This document shows positions 36,201-57,400 of a stretch of DNA of 64,000 nucleotides, piece by piece; positions within the stretch are counted from its first letter, which is position 1, and each line of letters begins with the position of its first letter. The notes beneath the pieces were generated by a model that saw nothing but the letters and a program-made list of their open reading frames with translations, was not told where the DNA came from and ran no database searches. The stretch is taken from assembly GCF_046119375.1 (NCBI RefSeq), contig NW_027362765.1:389918001-389982000 (forward strand), read 5' to 3'. The position numbers and the translations under genes were made by a program. The DNA comes from Phyllobates terribilis (lineage: Eukaryota).

Positions 36201-37222
36201 CATGTGAGTCCTGCTTCCCCCATCCATTCATAGAGAAAGCCTGTGAGTACTGCTTCTCCGTCCACTCATAGAGAAAGCCTGTGAGTCCTGCTTCTCCGCC
36301 CACTCATAGAGAAAGCCTGTGAGTCCTGCTCCCCCCACCCATTCATAGAGAAAGCCTGTGAGTCCTGCTTCTCCATCCACTCATAGAGAAAGCCTGTGAG
36401 TCCTGGTTCCCCCACCCACTCATATAGAAAGCCTGTGAGTCCTGCTGCCTCCACCCACTAATAGAGAAAGCCTGTGAGTCCTGGTTCCCCCACCCACTCA
36501 TAGAGAAAGCCTGTTAGTCCTGCTTCCCCTACCCACTCATAGAGAAAGCCTGTGAGTCCTGGTTCCCCCACCCACTCATAGAGAAAGCCTGTGAGTCCTG
36601 CTTCTTACATCCACTCATAGAGAAAGCCTGTGAGTCCTGCTTCTCCATCCACTCATAGAGAAAGCCTGTGAGTCCTGCATCCACACATATAGAAAGCCTG
36701 TCAGTCCTGCTTCTCCATCCACTCATAGAGAAAGCCTGTGAGTTCTGCTTCTCCATCCACTCATAGAGAAAGCCTGTGAGTCCTGCTGCCTCCACGCACT
36801 CATAGAGAAAGCCTGTAAGTCCTGCTTCCTGCACCCACTCATATAGAAAGCCTGTGAGTCCTGCTTCCCCCACCCATTCATAGAGAAAGCCTGTAAGTCC
36901 TGCTTCTCCATCCACTCATAGAGAAAGCCTGAGTCCTGCTTCCCCCACCAATTCATAGAGAAAGCCTGTGAGTCCTGCTTCTCCATCCACTCATAGAGAA
37001 AGCCTGTGAGTCCTGCTTCTCCATCCACTCATAAAGAAAGCCTGTGAGTCCTGCTTCTCCACCCCCTCATAGAGAAAGCTTGAGTCCTGGTTCCCCCACC
37101 CACTCATAGAGAAAGCCTGTGAGTCCTGCTTCTCCATCCACTCATAGAGAAAGCCTGTGAGTCCTGCTGCCTCCACTCACTCATATAGAAAGCCTGTGAG
37201 TCCTGCTGCCTCCTCCCACTCA
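33210..37222. repeat. 38/39-bp minisatellite (about 100 copies) between cdc25d and PGAM1
   Basis: Unit TAGAGAAAGCCTGTGAGTCCTGCTTCCCCCACCCACTCA with a variable pyrimidine block. Confidence 0.95.
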
Positions 37223-37559
37223 TAAAGTCTGAGAAAATTATCTTTTTTTGCATATGATTAATTAATATAGCTAGAGATTAATATATTCAAGTGGAATTTA
37301 ATACAACTCAGATTTTACAAAAATCCACATTTGCCAAGGAGACCTCAGAGAATAATAAGGGGAATTAAATTTGCAGAGAATAACTTCTTCGCAAATCAAG
37401 TTTCCTGGGAAAACCAGCACGAACAGACAAATGTGAATTGTGTCTGATCCACTCAGATCTAATCATAACATCGCCATGGAAATCCAGTCTTCGTCCATCC
37501 CGTCCTCACTAACTCCCCCCGGCAACCTATTCACGTCTCCCCTCCAGCATCTGCACAAC

Positions 37560-38106
37560 ATGAATCCTTTGGTCACATAATCTCCCTCTGACTGAACCAA
37601 CCCCATTGCTGAAGGTCACGTCGCCTCGCTGCTGAGACGTGCTTTACGTGCAGACAGCACAAGCTCGGACAACGCCCAGCAGCGTCGAAGTCACTACCTG
37701 ATGCCACGGCGGCCATCTTTACTAAGGGCAACCTTCCCAACTTTGTACCCCTTATGGTCACTTAATTCTATTCGCCCTCATATAACCATCATAAAAATTA
37801 TTATTCGGCGTTCGTTAAACAGAGCGGTCAACACAACTCTAACTTCTTTTCTACTCATCTTATAATCACTTTCCCAAAATAAATATGGTCAATAAGGTAT
37901 TGTGCCCGGTTATAGTCTGGCATCGAATACTACGCATGTGTACAAACACACGCAGGCGCACTTGAGTCTGAGAAAGCACGAACGTGCTGGGGAGGTTCTC
38001 GAATGACGTCACTTTTCCACGCCCACTTCTTCTCCGGCTGTGAATGCGCAGGCGCAGTTAGCACTAAGTTCCGCAGTCTGACAGCAGCCGGCAAGAAGAG
38101 AAAGAA
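37560..38106 (+). promoter_or_regulatory. PGAM1 CpG-rich promoter/5'UTR
   Basis: CRE TGACGTCA at 38004-38011. RCGTG motifs at 37637, 37646 and 37982. GCGCAGGCGCA (NRF1-like) at about 38046. YY1-like GGCCATCTTT at about 37711. Confidence 0.65.
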
Positions 38107-48077
<9,971 letters not shown>

Positions 48078-51000
48078 TTTGTCCTTCGCTGCCGACTGCG
48101 TCATCCATCCCATTTTTTTTTTTCTTTTTTTAAGTTTACTTTTAAAGCCGACACTTGACAGATTCAACAATACGTCTGTTGTGTAACTGTGCACCTCCCC
48201 TAACAAACCCGTTCACTTCTCCAGCACCAACGGTCGTGCAGCTGGAGTAGACTTTAGTGCATTCCACATTCTGTACAATAGCAGCGTTATCTGAATAGTT
48301 AGGATGTTCGGGGGCCGCACGTCGGCCCGTAGTCCGGTCGCACACCTCCAGGTAGTCGTTCCTCCCTGTAGTCATCTGTTTACGGCACTTATTGTCCTGC
48401 GCTCTCATGTATGTGTTCGTTAATTTTCCAGGTTTCTATCACTTCTTATTCCAGTGCACGTCCAATATTCCTTCATGAAGCCATTACTGTCCGTAGCGTC
48501 ATTTCCAAACCTCTTGAGACATTTGCGCCAAAATGCAGGAGCTCGTCTCTGTCCTTGTCATTCCAACGTCAGCATGTGTGGTGCAAATCGGTAGATAGAA
48601 GCTTGTGAGTCGCCCTCTGCTTCCTTTGCAGTACTTTCTTGTTCTTAAGGGGATATCCTCATCGTACAATATTACGGTATAACGCTATAATGTTATGTAG
48701 GGGGTCCGACCCCTTGGAACGTACCGATCCCGAGAACCAGGATGCAAATGCTAACTCTACCACACTTCCATTCCAGTGATCCTTCACAACTCCAGTGCTG
48801 CAGCTCCTTTATTTTTAGGGTCGTGGGGGTCAGATTATCTTTAAGGGGTTGCCCATCTTTTTTAGGGGTACCCCCCTCATACTTAAATTCATCTCTTGGT
48901 GGCAAAAAATCATTTTTGAATTTCATTAAAAATTTGCACCATTTGCCTTCTACAATGTCTGTGTTGCACTGACTATTACTGGCTGCAGAAGGAGTTGCCT
49001 GAGAAACGGTTAGTAAGCTCAGTCTAACGAGAGTTTGTTACTCTTTATATGTCTTTGAGCTGATTTTATGATCACAAGTCTCATCAAAGTTGAAAAGTGA
49101 CGGAAGCTAAGAACCTGTAAAAGCAAAATGGTGCAAAATTGTTAATGACTTTTGGGCCCAAATACATGAATTTAAGTAAAAGTAAAAAATTGTTAACAGA
49201 GATGGACAACCCCTTTTTAAGTCACGGCTATTACTGTCATGCCATTTTAACTATTTCTAGGCAAGATGGCGGCAGTTAAAAGTTGCCCAATTTTTCCAGG
49301 TTCCTGAATGGTGGAGCTGCCATATTATGTAGCGATACATGCCCAGCTCCCATGTTCCTACACAGGTAAGTAGATTTGCTGTTCAGGACCCTAGAAAAGC
49401 TGAGTGACTATGTAGTGGGATGATATTTGCTGTGTATACCCACTGAGAATTGGCGGAAAGGAGCATTAACGGTTAGGGCTTTCACTTCTGCTTATAGCGG
49501 ACCAGTCCTCTGCTGCTGCACATCCCAGATGGTAATGATGTCGGCCATTGTTGGACACGTGGCCCGTATTTTAGGTTTCCTGTGCCCCCCTGCATTAGCG
49601 GTATCGTGCATCCCTATACTGTGGCGATGTAGTGTGCATTAGGGTAGAGATCAGTGCTCTCTACCCTACAGTGCAGCCGGGTACCTGTACTTGTTTTACG
49701 GTCACTTTTCCTCCTTTTTTTTGTAGAGATATCTATTATTTAAACCATTACAATAAAGGAGTGATGTGCAATGAGACCGGCCTCGTCGTCGTGCTTTTAT
49801 CCTTGCCTTTTTTTTTCTTTTTTTTACATTTTTGGCATGTCAAAGAATTAGAGAGTTCCGTGCAGTGATGCGGTCTGCTGTCCTGTTTATAGCTCCAGCT
49901 GTTCTTTGCTATGCTAGGAACTGTCTGTCAGCACATAAAATGACTGATCAAACCAAGCACAGGTGCTTGTTGCACCCTTGTGGTGGCCAAACCTTTCACT
50001 GCACCTTCTCTTACTTTTCCATCTATCCTCCCTCCTTCTCCTACTCTTGTAAAATTAGAGCTGTCAATCAAAGAAGAGGAGGGCGGAGATAGATGCAAAA
50101 CAAGCAGGTGCGAGGTTGCACTGAACTGTCTGGCCACGACAAGGGTGCAGCGAGCACCTGTGCTTGGTTTGTAAAGTCATTCTATAACGGAGTTTTATGG
50201 CTCTGCTCATATCCACCTCAGGAGGTGGATAAAATGTCATTTACTCATAACTTCAAGGGCATATACATGGTACATGCCGCCCGCTCCCGCATCCTGAGAT
50301 CTACGTGTAAAGATGACTTCCTCCGCGATATGGATGGGAGCGGCGCAGGACGGCCCATTTAAACCCGGATCAATGGTGGAAGCAAAGCTCCACTGAAAGA
50401 TGCCGCTAGGCACAGATATAGGGGGCTTCAAAAGTAGCTGAGAGACTACCTTATATTTGAGTTAAAAGGGTAATTTCTTCTTTTTCCATTCATTTCTGAG
50501 AAAGCAAGGTGGGGCACATATCTACGTTCCCACATCCATGGGGAAAAATATTCCCTGCTGTGAGCTTCCCAGACAAAAGCTGATTAAATTATTTAAAGGG
50601 GATATTTGACCATTAGATGATAAAATGGCAGCAAATGCAGTGATCATGTGCTGCTGGTGGTCTGTGAACGATCCAGGCCCTTAGCCGTACAACATACAAT
50701 ATCCATAACTTTAAATTGCAACTGTCATTTTAGAAGAATGTGCAATGGAATGTCCGTGTGTTCCGCTAGCTCCTCCCCCTCCACTCTCCATAGAATGTTA
50801 TAAGCACAGTAATGGAAAGGTCTGTCTCCACTGCATACAGATTTTACCCATGACTTGAGAAAGGTCGATCAGTCCAAGCGGATAAAGAAGTAGATTTCTC
50901 TGATAAGATATATGACAAAGTTTCTTATTTTCACGTGTACTATTAATTTATGAAATAAAAATGACCCTTAATGTTTAATCTAAAATTGGTGTTACTGTTA

Positions 51001-51264
51001 AGTGAAAGCCTGCTGACGGCTCATAAAAGGATTCCCATCTGTTTTGTAAGGAACTAGGATAATGGAGAACCCAATAAATACAGTAAATAATCCACTACAG
51101 GATCTGCAGTTCTGGGAGTACTACACTGATGAATTATGTAAATCCCCAGACATTTTTATTATTATTATACATATTCCCTATACAGTAACTAAGTTGCAAT
51201 ACACCAAATTTGTAATAAAAAAAAAAAAAAAAAAAATCTATGGGTAGCATACTGGTCTTTTTTC

Positions 51265-51431
51265 CCTCACTAAAGATGGCTGCCGTCGGTCTACAGAACT
51301 CTCACAGGTGATTGGCTCGTCCACTTTCTAAGACGTCCAATCGCCAGCAGGCATGTTACGACACCACGCGATATTGTATCGTCCAATCAGAGCCTGAGTT
51401 CCTCCTGCGTGTCAAATACCACGTGGTTCTG
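51265..51431 (+). promoter_or_regulatory. EXOSC1 promoter
   Basis: YY1-like AAGATGGC at about 51273; CCAAT/ATTGG boxes at about 51311, 51337 and 51383; palindromic E-box ACCACGTGGT at 51418-51427 just upstream of the ATG. Confidence 0.65.
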
Positions 51432-51459
51432 ATGGCGCCGGCTCGGTGCTGTGTTCCCG
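51432..51459 (+). CDS. EXOSC1: EXOSC1 coding exon 1
   Basis: 28 nt, donor G|GTGAGT. Confidence 0.9.
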
Positions 51460-54400
51460 GTGAGTACAGGAGAGGAAAACAGCTGGTAATGAGCGGAGGC
51501 TTCTGTCACCGGCCCCCTGCAGCGTCATGTGCGGTGAGGGGGTGAGAAGGCTCCTAATGGACGGCGCTTGTATAATATACGGCTCTGTGTTGTAATTACA
51601 TTGCTTAGACGTTTAGTTCCACATGGATTTTTTTTATCTTGCTATTATGTGGGCTAAATACTTGGGATGTGTTCACACGGTGCAGATACGCTGCAGGTTT
51701 TGAGTTCTCCATTCTCCAGGGGTGGAATTTGCACAGAAATTTGACCCAGCGCAAGAGAAACACGAACGAGGACCCCAGTAGCTGTGACCGGCGGAGCTCT
51801 GCAGTCCTGTGCATCATACTTTCTTTTTTTTTTTCACCATTTTATCGCATTTTTTTTTTCTGTTTTTTTTCACTACGTTATATAGTAAAATGAACGATGT
51901 TATTAAAAACTGCATCTCATTCTGCAAAAAAAAAAACAAGCCCCTTTTACTGCTGTCAGTGGGGGGGGGGGGGGAGTTCTGGCTCTAGGAAAAGTAGGAG
52001 AAAAAATATACATTTGAAAAAAGAAATTGTGAGGGGGTTGTCAGCGTTGCATTTTTATTTTTTTTCTATCATAAAATAATGGAGGTATACGCAGCAGTGG
52101 TTGCCGCTGTGCAGGTGTCACGGAACTGATTGTTCAGGTGACAAGAATGGCCCGTCATTAAAAATAAAATATCTAGATCAGTCACAGGACCACTGCCGCC
52201 AGTCACAAGCTTAAAGAAGCACTCCTCCTCCCATCAAAGTTTTTATCCTCTTAATATAATAGTCATGTTATATAGCACTGTGTACTTACAAGTGCTCATT
52301 TTGTCTTTCTACACAGTTAATTCTTCTCTTTTCTCTGCTCTATGTAGAAACAGGAAGTCTCCTGTCCCTGCATTTATCATCCCCCTCTTCACCTCCTGAC
52401 CCAGCTGCTCCCTCCTCCTCCTGCCAGGGACTTCTGCAGTGACTCATGACTCCTACAGGGAAAATTGACCTCCTGTTTCTACATATAGCTTAGAAGGATT
52501 CAGCTAGTCACGTGATATCATAGACCTAATGGAAAAGAGAAGAATTCGCTGGGTAGAAGGACAAAATCAGCAATTGTAAGCGCACAGTGCTGTATAATAT
52601 GATGACTGCAAGATATTAAGAGGATAAAAGCTTTGATGGGAGGAGGAGGAGTGCTTCTTTAAGTGGCATTTTGCCATCCTGACAGTGCAGTCTGCTCTGG
52701 ATCCACGCAAGTGACAGGAGCCATTTGTGCCGCCTGACGTCTCAGTATTAAATATCAAAAGCTGAACCTATAAGATCCTCACTTTGGTCTTGTGAAATCT
52801 GTGCCAGTCCCCACTATGGCAGCGTTCTATATCCACATGTACTGATCTTGTATGTGCTCACGTTCCAGGGGAGCGTCTGTGCAGCTTGGAGGAATGTACT
52901 CCTGGATACGGGACTTACTGCAAACACGGCTATGTCTTCTCCTCGCTGTCCGGATATGTGGTGAAGAAGAGCGACAACGGTCTGGTGAGGAGCGTTCACA
53001 CCTTTTAGTTTATTGACCTACGAGATGTAATGCCGGCGACGTGAAGACAAACCGCGTGTCCTCTGCACGTCAAAGCATTCTGCTTTGCTCTTTTCTATAT
53101 TGCTTTGATGTAAAGCTAAAGTTTTCTAGAACTTTGCAGACTATAATTATGAGAAGAATTGTTACAGGGTTACAATATCGATGGCCAATCCTCATCATCA
53201 TAGTATTTGCAATGAATAAAAACACAACCAACTTTGCAGTTTTTCCTTTTATTAAAATTCCGCACTTTTCCTAAGAATAAAAATCCCTCCAATCTTAAAG
53301 TTTCCAGCTCGTTGCCACCTCTGCAGTCTTATCAGAGGTGGCCGGTTTCCTGGGCAAGGACAGCGACCCTTGCAAGCTGTTTGCTATACAGCTCACAAAT
53401 TCTGATCTGGACCCTGCCCTCTGCCGATGCTGTGGAGCTTGCGCTACCATGCTGGTGGTCCGGATTGTCGGTCATCTATAACTGGCATATAAAGTCGTTC
53501 CCCCACCAGTGATGTGTGTTCTCTTTGTGTAGATGCCGGTGATCTCTGTCGTGAGGGACACAGACTCCCATCTTCTGCCTGATGTGTGCTCCATAGTGAC
53601 TTGTAAGGTGAGTAATTCTTCCCCTCTGCCATGTTATGTGTATAAAGACCACTCCTGATCGTGTTGCTCTTAGGGCGTATGGTTGTGGACCCCCCACTCT
53701 CCAGAGATCCTCGAGCAAAAACTGGCTCTCATTTTTGGACCTGGCCCATCCATGCATTTCAGTAGCTTTTATATACACTGCTCAAAAAAATAAAGGGAAC
53801 ACTTAAACAACAGAATATAACTCCAAGTAAATCAAACTGCTGTGAAATCAAACTGTCCACTTAGGAAGTAACACTGATTGACAATCAATTTCACATGCTG
53901 TTGTGCAAATGGAATAGACAATAGATGGAAATTATTGGCAATTATCAAGACACCCTCAATAAAGGAGTGGTTCTGCAGGTGGGGACCACGGACCACATCT
54001 CAGTACCAATGCTTTCTGGCTGATGTTTTGGTCACTTTTGAATGTTGGTTGTGCTTTCACACTCGTGGTAGCATGAGATGGACTCTACAACCCACAGAAG
54101 ATGCTCAGGTAGTGCAGCTCATCCAGGATGGCACATCAATGCGAGCTGTGGCAAGAAGGTTTGCTGTGTCTGTCAGCGTAGTGTCCAGAGCATGGAGCAG
54201 ATACCAGGAGACATGGAGGGGGCCGTAGGAGGGCAACAACCCAGCAGCAGGACCGCTACCTCCGACTTTGTGCAAGGAGGTACAGGAGGAGCACTGCAAA
54301 ATGACCTCCAGCAGGCCACAAATGTGCACGTGTCTGCACAAACGGTTAGAAACCGACTCCATGAGGGTGGTATGAGGGCCTGACGTCCACAGATGGGGTT

Positions 54401-57400
54401 TGTGCTCACAGCCCAACACCGTGCAGGACGCTTGGCATTTGCCACAGAACACCAGGATTGGCAAAGTTGCCACTGGCGCCCTGTGCTCTTCACAGATGAA
54501 AGCAGGTTCACACTGAGCACATGTGACAGACGTGACAGAGTCTGGAGACGCCGTGGAGAGCGATCTGCTGCCTGCAACATCCTTCAGCATGACCGGTTTG
54601 GCAGTGGGTCAGTAATGGCGTGGGGTGGCATTTCTTTGGAGGGCCGCACAGCCCTCCATGTGCTCGCCAGAGGTAGCCTGACTGCCATTAGGTACCGAGA
54701 TGAGATCCTCAGACCCCTTGTGAGACCATATGCTGGTGCGGTTGGCCCTGGGTTCCTCCTAATGCAGGACAATGCCAGACCTCATGTGGCTGGAGTGTGT
54801 CAGCAGTTCCTGCAAGATGAAGGCATTGAAGCTATGGACTGGCCCGCCCGTTCCCCAGACCTGAATTCGATTGAGCACATCTGGGACATCATATCTAGCT
54901 CCATCCACCAACGTCACGTTGCACCACAGACTGTCCAGGAGTTGGCGGATGCTTTAGTCCAGGTTTGGGAGGAGATCCCACAGGAGACCATCCGCCACCT
55001 CATCAGGAGCATGCCCAGGCGTTGTAGGGAGGTCATACAGGCACGTGGAGGCCACACACAACACTGAGCCTCATTTTGACTCGTTTTAAGGATATTACAT
55101 CAAAGTTGGATCAGCCTGTAGTGTGTTTTTCCTCTTTAATTTTGGGGGTGACTCCAAATCCAGGCCTCCATTGGTTAATAAATTTGATTTCCATTGATGA
55201 TTTTTGTGTGATTTTGTTGTCAGCACATTCAACTTTGTACAGAACAAAGTATTCAAGGAGAATATTTCATTCATTCAAATCTAGGATGTGTTATCTGAGC
55301 GTTCCCGTTATTTTTTTGAGCAGTGTATATACCGTAAATAGATTTCAATTTTTCTCACCTTACAGTATTCTTTCTTCAGGGTGGTCCACCCCATAGCCTT
55401 AGTTTTTTTTAAAACAACCTGCTTTACCCACCCTCCCTGTTTCCATTGCTGAGTCTCCACCACTGCTCCCTTTTATTGTCTGCAGAGCTGACGTCACTTT
55501 GACAGCACTGCAGCCAATCAGTGATATCATCAACTTTTCCTGAATCGCTGGCATAAGCAGATGCACTCAGTGATTGGCTGCAGTGCTGTCAACAAGGTTT
55601 TTATGAAACTGGAAAACTCCTTTAATCGTCCGGCTTAACCTATTCTGCTGCGGTCAGACAGGCTGAGAGAGGTGGGCGCATGGCTGCAACTTGTGGGGGC
55701 TCGGGAGACAGGAGTCCTGGCGCCGCTGTGAACCGCGTTGCTGGCTGGAGGAAGAGACTGAGCAGAGGGCGAGAATCCCCCCTTTCTGCTTTAATAAAAT
55801 TGCTGGATCTGGTCTTGGGGGGGGGGGGGGGATGACACGGTTGGAAACTTTTTGTCACTAGGGGGCACTTGGTTTGAAACTCTGTCATTCATTATTTTTC
55901 TGCTTATAATTGCAGGTGATGAGTATTAATCCAAGGTTTGCTAAGGTCCAGATTATGTACATCGGCGCGGCAGCCCTCAAAAACACATTTAGAGGCACGA
56001 TCAGGTAAGACATACTTGCGTATAAGCCACCATAGGGGTCCTGAAAACGATGGACCCCCCCCCCCACACACACATTGATTGCTGTTGTTGCTAAATTGGT
56101 GTGACACAAAGTGGGTAAATGACCACTTACCTTATACCCCATGTTCCATGATATTATTACCTGGGGCTTCTGGTAGTCAGTGACTGAGACATCTAGTGAC
56201 TCGGGGATTAGGGGCTCCACAATATGAGAGAGGTTTGGATGCAAGATGATTCCACCAATCATGTAAGCTTGTGGGGTTTCATTGTTTTAATTCTTTATAT
56301 AGGAAAGAAGACATCAGAGCAACCGAGAAAGATAAGGTAATGCACAAACCTAGTCTTCACTGACGCACATTGGGATTAGCTACCGAAAACGATTTATGAT
56401 TAGGAGTCTCGGAAATATGACCGGCGTCCATTGTTTTCCCTTTGACGCAGTCGCCGAAGGTCATGGAAGCAGAGTCTGAAGGCGCTCATCGCTGGCACCT
56501 CGCTCCTCCTATGGAGCTGATCCCGATGCTTCATAAGACAACGGAATTTTCACTTTACACTGCGATACTAAAGTATAAAGTACAAGCGATCAGACGGAAC
56601 TGAAAAAAAAAAAAAATATAGAAGTTTAAGACCCCCCCCCCCCCCCTCCACCTTCCTTTCCCAATTTAAAAATACATTTTTCAATTAAATATATTTTTGG
56701 ATGTCTTTTCTGATCTATCAAGATATAAAATGATTTAACTTGTATATTACAAATGAAAAAAATGCCAGAATTTTTTTATTTATTTTCTTTTGGTCCGTGG
56801 ACTTCACTCAGAAATTAAGGGAATAGCTATTAAAGCTTCTTGCAGACCCCAAAATTATATCAATAAAAACTACAACTCAGCGCAGAAGAAACAATCTGTC
56901 ACACAGCTCCATCACTGGAAAAATAAAAAAGTTCTGGACTTGCGAAAATGACGGCACAAATCAAATTTGTACAACATAAAACACACAGGATTCCACCATT
57001 TTTTTATTTTTTTTTTATCATTTTAGCCCATCTGCTTTTTTTTGTTTGTTTTCTTTTTTTTTTTATGCTTTTATTCTTTTTTTTTATTGGGGGATTCTGT
57101 TCTGTTTTTTCCTGCTATTTTTTTCTGGGAGATGGGGAGGAGGGGTTCTGTTTTTTTTTTTGTTTGTTTGTTTTTTTTGTACATTATTCGGTGAAATGAA
57201 TGTCTTTCAAAACTATAACTTGTGCTTCAATAAAAAAAAAACAGCCCTCATTTGACTGTACAGATAAAAGCGTAAAAAGGGGAGTTTTAAAAATGGAAGC
57301 AGAAAAATGAAAAATTGCCTTTTTGGGAAGGAATTGAGTATTGATGAGATGTTCTGTGGGTTACATTAGAACATGAATTGTTACCTGGTGATAAAAACTT

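Noticed and set aside
33183-37176. Many overlapping short minus-strand ORFs
   Set aside because: Artefacts of the 38/39-bp minisatellite.
53878-54228. 116-aa ORF and the matching ORF at 46909-47115 as a novel small gene
   Set aside because: Both lie in the Tc1 5' region and run into the broken transposase start.
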